A stretch of 64,000 bases of DNA from Eledone cirrhosa (GCA_964016885.1 OZ024740.1:244218001-244282000), one strand, 5' to 3'; positions 1 to 11,997 are shown, counted from the stretch's first letter. Notes: generated by a model from the letters alone, not told the origin. Program-made: numbers and translations.

Positions 1-798
1 TCCTGTCGCCCGTCACTTCCGTTCCCCTGGTCACTCTTCCCTACATGTTTCAGTCCTGGGTGTCATTTTACATCACGCATCATAGGCCTCACGCACCAGG
101 ACTGAACTGTATCTTATTTACCGCCTTGGATCCTGTTTCCCTCATGGACTCAACTCCCCTCCCCAATTCCTTTAATACCACGTCCGTTATCACACACACA
201 CTTGTACATTCACCCCTAGATTCCTATGGCCCTCTTATGGTCAGAAAGATATACACTTACAGCTAATAGAGACCAACAAAATACGCACACTCCACTTTTC
301 CCTTTACAGCTCTTTATATATACACACAACCTTATATTAACATACTTTTCCTCATAGCTTCGTACTTACAAGCACACACACTGTTTTAGTTACATATACA
401 CACACATATCCTCTTAGCTTCATACTGACGTATAATAACATACACACAAACACACACACGCATATGCACACGCACAACTATAGCTCTTTACACAAAACGG
501 TCTTTTTTCCATTTCAGGTAGACGTGCTTCACCATCTACTTTTCTAAAAAGATATATCATACACAAAACGCCAACATCAACAGTTTTCCAAGAGATGGAC
601 CTGTTATTTTTCTCTAAAAAAATTTGTTTCCAATTCCATTCCGCCCGTCCTTTCAATCTTTCTAATTTCTCCCATCTTTCTTCTGATGAAGGACTAGCGT
701 CTGAAACGTTGAGCCCCTCTTCCTGCTATTTCAAGCATTAACCTAATATATTCTTTCCATATTCTGTACCGATTGTGTTATTAGTTCTGTTTACCTTA
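1..798 (+). mobile_element. PLE 3' end or pLTR remnant
   Basis: C/A-rich decayed sequence ending in a minimal HHR (678-713) and a short tail before (CA)n. Confidence 0.55.
678..713 (+). ncRNA. Minimal type I hammerhead ribozyme
   Basis: ctt CTGATGA a ggac-tagc-gtct GAAA cg TT gag, with palindromic stem III AACGTT. Confidence 0.7.
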
Positions 799-819
799 CA
801 CACACACACACACACAGAA

Positions 820-860
<41 letters not shown>

Positions 861-888
861 ATCAAAAGATGGTTAAAGGAGTTCAATA

Positions 889-958
889 TATTTTATTATG
901 CGCATTTCAAAAACAAACATCATCAAACAATAATATTTGTGTTTTCATCAGATAAAAC
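889..958 (-). ncRNA. Hammerhead ribozyme (family A)
   Basis: Reverse complement of the 1081-1150 motif. Confidence 0.85.
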
Positions 959-1080
959 AGGAGAACATGATATGAAGGCTAAAAAAACACTTGTTGATAG
1001 TGCAGTTTTAAATCAACATATGTTGATTTAAAACTGCACTATCAACAAGTGTTTTTTTAGCCTTCATATCATGTTCTCCT

Positions 1081-1150
1081 GTTTTATCTGATGAAAACAC
1101 AAATATTATTGTTTGATGATGTTTGTTTTTGAAATGCGCATAATAAAATA
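1081..1150 (+). ncRNA. Hammerhead ribozyme (family A)
   Basis: gttttat CTGATGA [stem II] GAAA tgcgca TA ataaaat, with self-complementary stem III ATGCGCAT. Confidence 0.88.
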
Positions 1151-1271
1151 TATTGAACTCCTTTAACCATCTTTTGATCTTATATTATGCATACTCCAGT
1201 CCCACAAACTGTAGAGTGCTTCTTATCCGATATCTGCATTGCTTTATTGTACTACAATAAAACTCACCTCC

Positions 1272-1330
<59 letters not shown>

Positions 1331-1423
1331 GAAGTATTTCCGTAGGAAAGATAAAGGAAAAGAGAGTGCTCTATGTAGGCTACAGAGCTTTTTAGTTATG
1401 TAATAAACAGTATAAGATAATTA

Positions 1424-1487
1424 ATTCATTTACCAGTGGTTTCTTGAAGACAGATATTTATATCTGTCTTCAGTCGTCAGAATGAAT
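1424..1487 (-). ncRNA. Hammerhead ribozyme (family F)
   Basis: attcatt CTGACGA c-tgaagacagata-taaa-tatctgtcttca-a GAAA ccactgg TA aatgaat. A second copy with a mutated core lies at ~3005-3067. Confidence 0.9.
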
Positions 1488-1887
1488 AATATGGAATGTT
1501 TATTAAATATGGATTTGAAAATAAAGTTTAGGATAAAGGAAAGTGAGGCTGAAATATAATAACGGTCAAAAATTGAGGGGAAAAAATATAAATAAATATC
1601 CAGAACATAAACATACACACACTCAAACACGAGCTTATACGTATTAGTACGTAGTCATATACATTTTCACATAAGTGTATGTGCGTCTATATGGAAATAC
1701 GAACAGACATATAAACGTGTGATCTTTTGCTCACATATGCACACACACACAGGCGCACACTCACACAACTCAATAATAACGTAAAATCTATATATACACA
1801 CATGCATATCTCTCCATACACATATACATAAATATATACATATATATATATATATACATACATATAAACATATATATACACACATAT

Positions 1888-2087
1888 GTAGGAGGTGAGT
1901 TTTATTGTAGTACAATAAAGCAATGCAGATAGCGGATAAGAAGCACTCTACAGTTTGTAGGACTGGAGTATACATAATATATAAGAACAAAAGATGGTTA
2001 AAGGAGTTGCATGATGATGTTTGTTTTTGAAATGCGCATAATAAAATACATGGAACTCCTTTAACCATCTTTTGTTCTTATATATTA
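1888..2087 (-). mobile_element. Short rearranged family-A mini-PLE
   Basis: Family-A tail on the minus strand with inverted arms ~1976-2008 and 2054-2087. Only the 3' half of the HHR remains. Confidence 0.85.
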
Positions 2088-2252
2088 TACACACATATAT
2101 ATACATACACACGCATATATAAATATGTATACACACACATATGCATACATACACAAATATCTCTATACATACACGCACGTATATATACATACACACATAT
2201 ACACACACATACATACACAAATATCTCTATACATACACGCACGTATATATAC

Positions 2253-2336
<84 letters not shown>

Positions 2337-2337
<1 letters not shown>

Positions 2338-2880
2338 AGTAGAACGGGTATTTAATTTGTTGCAAGTCCGACAAATATAAATGTTTATAACTGATTTAGA
2401 GCACTCAACAATTTACTGGAGTAAATATTCAATGATATTAAATAAATGGAAACTATATTTATAAAACCATATTTATTTTATTATATATATTTCAAGGGTA
2501 CCAAGACAACATTGGTACGCTTTCATCAGATAAAATACAAAGTTTGTTTTATAAATAGGGACGTACCCATGAAAATCATACCTTCTCGGTTGGAAATTCA
2601 CTGGATAGTGGAAATATATTAGGGATTATTCAAACTTATGTGTGAATATGCAAATGAATATGTAAATAATTGAAAAACAACCGTTTATTTAAACGACTAT
2701 GGAGAAAGAGAGAGAGAAGATATAAGAGGAGAAAGATAAAAAAAAATAGAACGAGAGAGAGAGAAAAAATAAACAAGAGAGGATGAATAAAACTCATATA
2801 ACGTTAATTTGGGGGAAATATATTATAAGTATATATCTTAATAGTACGTGTATTTACGATTATTAGTTGTTTAAAATTCG
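2337..2880 (-). mobile_element. Family-B pLTR fragment
   Basis: 2337-2545 is homologous to 32440-32640 (reverse complement) and carries an HHR at 2474-2537. The right boundary is approximate. Confidence 0.75.
2474..2537 (-). ncRNA. Hammerhead ribozyme (family B)
   Basis: tattttat CTGATGA aagcgtaccaa...ttggtaccctt GAAA tatata TA ataaaata. Confidence 0.88.
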
Positions 2881-2885
2881 TTTAT

Positions 2886-2987
2886 AATATGTTTCTACTT
2901 TTTTGGCACAAGGCCAGCAATTACTCAGTACATTACTGGTACTTTATTTTATCGACTCCGTAAGGATGAAAGGCAAAGTTAACCTCG
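2886..2987 (-). mobile_element. SINE 3' fragment
   Basis: Same central domain and 3' end. Confidence 0.8.
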
Positions 2988-3405
2988 AAGTAGATAAATA
3001 AATAACCATTTACCAGTGGTTTCTTGAAAACAGATGCTAGATCTGTTTTCAATCGCCCGAATGAATAAAAAAAAACATGGTGTTTTTATTAAATATATAC
3101 ATATATTTATATGTACAAAGTTCGGAGACAGATATAAATAAGTAAGATCAAAAAAATTCAAAAGATATATATAAGAAAATAAAAATTAAATTAAAGATAA
3201 AAATTAAAATAAAGCCATAATGGGACGTGTTGACAACGAAAGGCGGGGGGGGGGGGGGGGGGGGATAATTAAAAAAATAAATAAATACAAACAACGTATA
3301 AAAACAAACACATACACACAATATGTATATATATATATACATATACAAACACACACACACACATATATATAAATGTATACATATACATATATATACATAC
3401 ACACA

Positions 3406-3482
<77 letters not shown>

Positions 3483-3755
3483 CACATATATAAACATGAA
3501 TAAACACACGTGAAAGACAAAAGTATATGCATACATACAATATGTACACATATAGAAAGGAAATCTTTATAATTATATACCCATACACGCATATATATAC
3601 ACACACACATATATAAATATATATGCAAAAGTTCTATTTAAAGTTGTTGGGATACAACAAGAAAATATTTTTATAACTGATATAAAGCACTCGACAAATT
3701 TTTGGAGTAGATATACGATATTAATAAATGGAAACTATATTTATAAAACCATATT

Positions 3756-3820
3756 TATTTCATTATACATATTTCAGGGATACCACATTAAATTATGGTA
3801 TGCCTTCATCAGACAAAATA
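3756..3820 (-). ncRNA. Hammerhead ribozyme (family B)
   Basis: Reverse complement of 3958-4022. Confidence 0.82.
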
Positions 3821-3957
3821 CAATATATAACAGTTTTACAAATAGGTTTGACGTACCCTTTTAAAATACAACCATTACTTTTGAAGGCTGTCTGGATAGT
3901 GATTTGTTTATATTTTAAAGGGTACGTCAAACCTATTTGTAAAACTGTTATATATTG

Positions 3958-4022
3958 TATTTTGTCTGATGAAGGCATACCATAATTTAATGTGGTATCC
4001 CTGAAATATGTATAATGAAATA
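3958..4022 (+). ncRNA. Hammerhead ribozyme (family B)
   Basis: tattttgt CTGATGA aggcatacca...tggtatccct GAAA tatgta TA atgaaata. Confidence 0.85.
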
Positions 4023-4062
4023 AATATCGTTTTATAAATATAGTTTCCATTTATTAATATCG

Positions 4063-4144
<82 letters not shown>

Positions 4145-4368
4145 CACATATATACATACGTGCTCACGCATACCCATACATGTGTATACATGCGCAAAAA
4201 TATACACATATACATTAGCATATACATGCGTACACACCTAAAAAGATATATATACGACGCACGTACACAATATAAGGAAGAGGACATAAAACGCGTACAC
4301 ATATACACGCGCGTACATGCAAGAACCCTAGAGCAAATCCCGAGCAACGCCGGGCCATTCTGCTAGTA

Positions 4369-5233
4369 TCTATATATCTAAAACAGAGAATGTCTGTCTG
4401 TCTGTCTGTCCCCCTAAAACTCGAGAACCACCCAATCGATTCTTTTCAATCTTTACATATGTAATACTTATGGTCATGTGAGTGTTTTGGGCAAAATATA
4501 TTTCAAATTTTCAATGCCCTAGGGACTGCATTAGGTGAAAAACCGCATATTTTAGGCTTTAAAGGCTTTTTTGAGGCATAACGGAACAATAATGCAGGCG
4601 ATTTCGTCAAAATTTGCAATACTTATGTCGTTTAAAGTATTTTGAGCAAAAAAGATTTTCTCATTTTTTGCCCCAGGGACCGCATTAGGCGAAAAACCGA
4701 TTTTAAAAAGCATTTTGGTTGCGTTAGGGCCTGTAACTCGAGAAGTACCCAACCGATTTTTTTTATACTTTGCATATGCATTACTTATGTTTCACAAATT
4801 TTGTTGAGTGAAAAAGATTTCAAATTGTTGCCCGGGGACCGCATTGTTTAGCATGTTGGTTGCGTTAAGGCCTGTAACCTTATAAGTATCCAACTAAATT
4901 CCTTCATGCTCTCCACCACTGCAGTCCCACATGCTTACTGCTCTGTAACTATTGTTTTCATTGTACCATAGCACAACAAATAGATGTTCGGTTTGTCGAA
5001 TGCCTTTTTACTTAACCCTATCGTCTTGGCCTTCGTGGGTTGAACATTTAACTCTCAGGCACCTAATTAAGTTAAACCCCTGGTAATCTACGACGAATTT
5101 TCTTATAAGCTCACACTGTAGACACCATCCCCACACCGAGGTATTCCGTACTTCACTGTACTGTTTCAGAAATGAGGGATAAACATGCCAATCTATGTTT
5201 AGAATACCGAGCAACGCTGAGCCATTCTGCTAG
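4369..5233 (+). mobile_element. Non-autonomous Helitron-like element
   Basis: A|TC 5' end followed by (GTCT)n, and a 3' hairpin ccgagcaacgctgag ~8 nt before CTAG|T. No TSD. Internal repeats of gggaccgcatt and ttggttgcgtta.ggcctgtaac. A second related 3' end lies at 4338-4366. Confidence 0.78.
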
Positions 5234-5262
5234 TATATATATATATATATATATATGAAATA

Positions 5263-5942
5263 TATATATTATGAAATACTGTTGGCTTTTTGCTCACAAT
5301 AATTTCTATATTTTCATTTATATTTATACTCGGAATTTTTCCTAGAGTGCTTAAAATTATTTGTGACTAATCCCGGTCTTTTCTTTTTAAAAACCGCGAT
5401 AATATTGCTATTTTGCTGAACTCCTTACATTTTGTAGAGTTTTTTCGGAATGTTTTGACTGCTGTTTCTTGTAAATAGGCATTCGTCTCATTCTGACGTC
5501 ACCAGCCATGTCTCTCCATGTGTGTTTATTTTCAAAATTACGCACGAGGTGAACTAGCCTGCTTTTAAATTCCCTTTTTGGCATATTTTGGCAGTTGCAT
5601 TAGGGTTATCGTGTTTGAGCTCTACTGATGAATGACTCCAACCGTGACCATCCCCACTGAAAAGTTTCGTAAAATAGTCTTTTTAAGACTATATAGAGCA
5701 TTTGTAGTTTTTCCAAATTGAAGGATGAGTATTTAAACTTTTTTTATTCTGAGTTAAGACTCTATTGGTTTTTCCCTGGATTTCAAAAAATCTGTGGATA
5801 AAATCTCTGTCTTGATTTTTTTAAATTGAGTTTGAATTATTTTACCACATCTTACGCTAATTATTTTCCATTTTGACGTTATAGTCACTTATATATTATG
5901 AAATACTGTTGGCTTTTTGCTCACAATAATTTCTATATTTTC

Positions 5943-5950
<8 letters not shown>
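5263..5950 (+). mobile_element. Retrozyme or pLTR-like monomer with 61 bp terminal direct repeat
   Basis: 5263-5323 equals 5890-5950. Central HHR-like motif at 5619-5699, (TA)n flanks. Confidence 0.7.
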
Positions 5951-5974
<24 letters not shown>

Positions 5975-5979
<5 letters not shown>

Positions 5980-6595
5980 AAAAAGTATGACCCCGACGGC
6001 AGAGCTCAAGCCATTTCGTCGGCTATTTCTGGACTAAATTAGAATTTTTAGCCTGGTGAATAAATAGCCGAACTTTTCAAGGGGGTACTTCCTTATATGG
6101 GAAGATTGTAGTTGTCAAGAGGATTGGTTAAACTTTGTTGTAAACACAAATAAGTCTATCATGGCATTTGGTGGGAGGTAGGGGTGGTTGAACTTGCCTG
6201 TAGAACAATAAGGGAGTGAGTGGAGCGGTCAAGCGTTATACATATCACTTTCAACGCTTGACCGCTCCACTCTCTCCCCTATTGTTCTACAGGCAAGTTC
6301 AGCCACCCCTACCTCCCACCAAATGCCATGATAGACTTATTTGTGTTTACAACAAAGTTTAACCAATCCTCTTGACAACTACAATCTTCCCATATAAGGA
6401 AGTACCCCCCTTGAAAAGTTCGGCTATTTATTCACCAGGCTAAAAATTCTAATTTAGTCCAGAAATAGCCGTCGAAACGGCTTGAGCTCTGCCGTCGGGG
6501 TCATACTTTTTCCTATTTCCCACTCATCTACCCTAAGTATTGAGTACTCTGCTGCGTTATGGTCCATCTGGTTCCTTACCACAATTCCTTTGTTT

Positions 6596-6596
<1 letters not shown>
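5975..6596. mobile_element. Fold-back mini-PLE (family C)
   Basis: Inverted arms 5975-6237 and 6253-6516 plus an ~80 bp tail. HHR-like fold (acccc..GAAAcggc..gccgTC ggggt) with a degenerate core. Inserted in (TA)n. Confidence 0.88.
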
Positions 6597-6694
<98 letters not shown>

Positions 6695-6923
6695 CTCTCT
6701 TAACTGTGTTGTAAACAGCTCGGAATTTCTTCCTTAAGCTTATTTGATTAAAGGGAATATTGTGAGTTTTTAACTCAACATTTTAGTAGAGCTGCTATTT
6801 ATAGTAGTCGAACGTTCTATTCGCGCCGCCCGGCACGGAATACGCATGTGTCTTTCCTCTTTTAACACATGTGCTTTTTTAGTCTTCTAATGATTTTTTA
6901 GTAGTGATGAGTGTATTGATTTG

Positions 6924-7007
6924 GACATCCACCGACGAGCAATACTAGGTCTATGTATCTCCTTACTGAATTGCGAAACAGCTCTACTTTGAAACTGTCT
7001 GGATGTT
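6924..7007 (+). ncRNA. Hammerhead ribozyme with C at core position 4
   Basis: gacatcca CCGACGA gcaat...attgc GAAA cag...ctg TC tggatgtt. All three stems pair. Confidence 0.8.
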
Positions 7008-7636
7008 AATAGTTATTATGGTCGGTTCGTGTACCTTTAAAAAAAAAAATTATTGGGTAGCGGTTGACTCTCCTAGGGTTTTGGTTTTCATCCCACAGGG
7101 TGTCCAAATTCACCCTCCTCACCAAGCACTTGCCGGTTTAGTCACCATGCACAGGTTGTACTGGGTTACATATTACCAGTAGCGCTGAAGTATAGATATA
7201 TACACACACACACATACACAATGATTTACCTCCCCCGCTTTGTATTTACTATTGTTTATGTTATTCTTATGTTTTACTTACTTTATCTTATGTTTCTTTC
7301 AAACATTTTATCTACCCATTGTTTTTTGTCTGTTAATATTTCTACTTATATTTCTTTGTCTTTAGTTTATTCATCCATTTATTATTTTTTCCGCGATGGG
7401 AATATCCGACGTGCACATTTCAGCCCCCTTATGTATATCGCAAATAAAATTATAGTTCATTGTTTCTGAAGAAGACAGTGTGATAGATCAGGGATTTCGA
7501 GACTAGAAATAGGTAATGACATAAACACTGCCTGATAGTCAATAAATCGAGCCCATGATCAATCAACCGCATGGAACGATCGTAAAATAAGGAACTCATT
7601 AAAATCCTATCTTCGACTTTTTTATTTTTATTGTTC

Positions 7637-7703
<67 letters not shown>

Positions 7704-7885
7704 GCGCACACATACACACATACACACACACACGCACACACATACACATATATATATATTAAGTAGTACGCTAAGCAGCCGAAATTTCCGATAAAGTTAG
7801 GTCTGTATATAGATAAATTGGGTAACCAAAACTGCTCTAATGTGTATATAAATATTCTCTTTTTAATACATAAATATATATACAG

Positions 7886-8105
7886 GGCGGTGGATTGGCA
7901 GTATCGGTAGAGAGTCGGGCGCGATGCTTTGCAGCAAAGAGTTACGGCCTTTTATGATCTGAGTTCAAATCCCGCCGAGGTTAACTTTGCCTTTCATCCT
8001 CACGGGGTCGATAAAATAAAGTACCAGTCACGCACTGGGGTCGATTTAATCGACTTTCTCCTCCCCCAAAATCACTGGCCTTGTGCCTATATAAGAAACC
8101 AATAT
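7886..8105 (+). mobile_element. tRNA-derived SINE, near full length
   Basis: A-box-like tggcagtatcggt, B-box gagttcaaatcc, central gcctttcatcct..ggggtcgataaaataaagtaccag (resembles the Meta-SINE domain, from memory) and 3' ggccttgtgcc..agaaac. Confidence 0.85.
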
Positions 8106-8675
8106 ATAAACATATAAACATGCCACAAATATGAATCCTTCTGTAAATTGAAAAGATGACAAACACCTTTAATCGATATTAGGTCCTAGTTCGGTCTTCA
8201 TCACATGCATATCATCTAAACAATCACGAGGAAACACGTGTTTGATGAACTTAATACATCTTACATAATTAGAAAAACCCTGAATAATATCTAGACATCC
8301 ACAAACTTGCACTCCGAACTTATCGCCATCCCTCATAAAACTTTCCCTTCTATAAAATCCTTCTAACACACACAAAAAGAAGAAAAACGAGCATCACTTC
8401 TACGAGGCTCTAAACTTTATAATATTTATCTAACATCCAAGAAACCTTTTAGATAAACAACCCAGTTCCTTCTATTTCTCACAGGTCTAAGTAAAAGTTA
8501 TCACCCTTTATCTAACTGACAATCGACCCCACTCAAGTTGTCCCCCTTCCATAAAAACTCTCTCGTAGAACTTTAATCCAAACATCTATAACAAAGATAT
8601 AGGAGCTATGGAAATAACAAATTCCCCAGCGAAATGCTCGTATTCGACAGATGAAAATGTTCTGAACTTAACCAG

Positions 8676-8730
<55 letters not shown>

Positions 8731-8733
<3 letters not shown>

Positions 8734-10313
8734 GTATAGGATTATCCTAGATGTAGTAATGGTTAATTACTACACTGGATATGGTTGACGTACGGTGAGA
8801 GGTTACTCTACGAGTTATGGAAGAATTGTTGAAGAAACTTAGTTCTTGATTCTTCTGTATTCCGGAGTGTATATAAAGAATGAATAATAACAGGTAGACA
8901 TCATAAAAAGGTCATTTATTCCGTGTGCTTACAAATGTTTCCACGGTGGTACTACAGCCTAGTTATGCTATGTGCAAGTTTACAACTATTTGCAGAACTC
9001 AAATATCCAATGCTGTGACCACTGTATCCTCAGAGCAGAATGGTTAAAATGTACAATGTAAATACCCTTAAGTGGGGTTGTTGGAGAAGAAAGAGTAGAA
9101 AAGGAAGAGAGAAAAGTAGAGGAGAGGGAGAGAGAGAGAAAGATATGCAGGGGTTGGAGAAATAGGAGAGAGTGGTTTGTAGATATCTTAATCAAAATGT
9201 TGTGGTAGGGGTTTTATTATACTGGTTACTTTTGGAGAGATGCGTTGATAGTTAAGGTCGGAATTATTTATTGTCCCAGAGGGACAATAAATAATTCCCA
9301 CCTTAACTATCAAGGCATTAACAATAGGATTATACCAGATATACTTTCTACAACGTGATTTATTTGGTGGTGATTTTCTATTATTAGTATGTCTGGTGGT
9401 ACTGTGTGTGTGCGCTTGTATTTTAGTCCCCCGGTTACGTATTCCTTGGTTTCGTGTAGAGCTATGTGTGTTATGGAGATTCCTATCAATGTATTCTATT
9501 GTATCCCGGTGGTCAGCATTCCTTAATGCATTATTATAGTATTCAGCGTGTTCACTAAAAATATCAGAGTTAGACGATAGGCGAGAGATTCTAAGAGAAA
9601 TACTCCGGGGAACCGATTTGATCATGGAGAGTGGGTGGTTTGAGTTAAAGTTAATATACGTAAGGTTCTCATTCATCTTGTGGAAGGGTCGTATCTGTCC
9701 GGTATTTAAATTAAGAGTTACGTCCAGAAAGTTTACTACTTTAAGATTGTATTCGTATGTTATTTTTAGACCCAGTTCACTAAAAGATTTTCTAATATTT
9801 TTCCGTAGCCTTTCAAGATTTTGGTTATTCAAGTTATTAACTAATAAGAGCCCGTCATCTCTGTATATACCCCCCTGTAGATTACTAAATTTACTATGTA
9901 GTATGTGGGCTATGTAAATTCCCACAAGATCCGTGACCTCCGCTGAGTCGTTGGAACCCATGGTAATGTCGAAGTTTTTCAACCCCCCCCCCCCTCCCCT
10001 TCTCCAGTACAATTTTTTCGACCTTCTATACACTATTCTTAGAATCTGCCGTATAGATTTCACTTTCAACGCTTGACTGGGCTTCCCCCACTCCCTCTTT
10101 GTTCTATCGGCAAGTTCAGCTACCCCCACCCTACCTACCACTAAATGCTATGATAGAATCAACTGTCTTTACAACAAATTTTTGACCAACCCTCTTGACA
10201 ATTACTATCTTCCCATATATGGAATTACCCCCTGAGGTGTTCGGCTATTTATTTACCAGGCTAAAAATTCTTATTTAGTCCAGAATTAGCCGTCGAAACG
10301 GCTTGAGCTCTGC
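8731..10313 (-). mobile_element. Internally deleted or composite PLE
   Basis: RT motifs NFDITMGS, GIYRDDGL, NFLDVTL, SNHP and IWYNP in ORF 9188-10141. The 3' end carries an HHR (8926-9037). The 5' end is an inverted family-C pLTR (~10052-10313). (TA)n on both sides. Confidence 0.88.
8926..9037 (-). ncRNA. Hammerhead ribozyme with long stem II (family E)
   Basis: tgct CTGAGGA tacagtggt.cacagc...gctgt.agt.accaccgtg GAAA catttg TA agca. Confidence 0.72.
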
Positions 10314-10315
10314 TC

Positions 10316-10355
<40 letters not shown>

Positions 10356-10401
10356 GAAAGTATAGAAATTATTGTGACCGTGAAGCCAAAAGTATTTCAT
10401 A

Positions 10402-10444
<43 letters not shown>

Positions 10445-10451
<7 letters not shown>

Positions 10452-11044
10452 CCCCCGCTATATAGCGGTTCACCTTTTGCGGTCCCGCTACATCGCTGAT
10501 TTTTCTTTGGAACGTAACTAATTTCCTATCGCGGATTTTTCCTTAGAACATATCTATTTTCTTATCGCGGTACGTACGTCAGAATAAAGATTGTTTATAT
10601 TTTAAACTTATTAAATAAGTTTCGATGTGATTGAAGTGTATAGCGTAAGGAAGGGGCATCTTAAGGTTTTAACTATAAAATAATGTTTTTATTTTTCATT
10701 CCATTACTATTGTACTGATTGTGTTTTTCTCTAACCTACTACAAACCCTTCACAGATTGACGGGAGATGTGCATTGTATTACCAAGCAGCTAACGTGGTT
10801 GGTGATGGGCGTCATTGGTAACTAGTGGTACGATCGTTGGTGGTAGTTTCTATACGATCTTTTTTGGTGTTTAGATACAAAAGTGTATTGTAATGAGTTT
10901 ATATGTACTTAAAGCGTGTAGGAGAGGTATTTTAAGGCTTAAACTATGAAAACAACGGTTGTCTTTATGGTCTCTATATCGCGGATTTTCATTGATCTTG
11001 GTTGGTTCTAGAACGTATCCCCGGCGATAAACGGGGGATTACTG
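10445..11044. mobile_element. Tc1/mariner (pogo/Tigger-like) MITE
   Basis: TIRs CAGTAATCCCCCGcTAT and ATAAaCGGGGGATTACTG, with TA on the right flank and subterminal tatcgcggatttt repeats. No ORF. Confidence 0.87.
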
Positions 11045-11057
11045 TATATATATACAT

Positions 11058-11128
<71 letters not shown>

Positions 11129-11551
11129 GGATGTATGTATATGACTGTGTTTGTGTTAATCAACACTCCGGTGCAGACCAGGGTGCTGATTTGCGTCTTT
11201 TTTTCTGTATAAAATCTAACCTAGTTATTCGTTAAATATAAAGCGATCGAATACTCTGCGATAAGAGAAAATGTAAGTGAGTAAGACATGTAGCACGAAA
11301 AACTGACAATAGATTAACAAAGTAATGGACAGAATGGAAACCATGAAAGATAGGATTATGTTGTTCGCGGAGGACGAGAAACAGATATGAGATCCATATG
11401 TTTATGTGCTTTACATGGATGAGAATAGCAGAGGATAGAATAATTGGCGTCAGCTTTGGGGGGGAATTAGCCTTGTGGTAGGCAAATAATGGCTGAGAAG
11501 ACGGTGGTGATGAAGTAGGTAAGTCCGAGTGATCGTCTAAGTACTCCTTAA

Positions 11552-11663
<112 letters not shown>

Positions 11664-11944
11664 TGTGTATGTGTGATCTAGTATGGACAGGGTACAGAGA
11701 CTAAAACCAACAAAGCAGAAAGAGTGAAAATATTTTACATTAAATATGGTGAAACTATTATTAGTTCCGAAACAAAAAGTATCAAATAAAAATATGATAT
11801 GATATATACTCACCTTGAGCGGCGATCTTGGCTCAATGTATGTTATATAACCCTGAGAGAGATGGAGAAAGTTGCCTATGAAACACATCCACAGTATTCC
11901 ACACATGGTCACAAATGATGGGACAACGCTCCACTACATTCAAC

Positions 11945-11997
<53 letters not shown>

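Larger units (their letters stand above)
855..1275. mobile_element. Non-coding fold-back mini-PLE (family A)
   Basis: Near-perfect 330 bp palindrome 855-1184 centred on CATATG (1017-1022), plus a ~90 bp tail homologous to 20262-20358. Inserted in (TA)n. Confidence 0.92.
3628..4067. mobile_element. Fold-back mini-PLE (family B)
   Basis: Inverted arms 3711-3868 and 3911-4067 with a ~42 bp loop and an ~85 bp tail on the left. HHR in both arms, (TA)-rich flanks. Confidence 0.9.

Noticed and set aside
1667-4366. Many ORFs rich in YI/CV/HT repeats, here and throughout the window
   Set aside because: They are translations of (TA)n, (CA)n and (GA)n microsatellites, not genes.
7460-7548. CTGAAGA agacagtgt...acactgcct GATAgtc
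   Set aside because: Stem II is present, but GAAA and stems I and III are degenerate, so it was not counted as a ribozyme.
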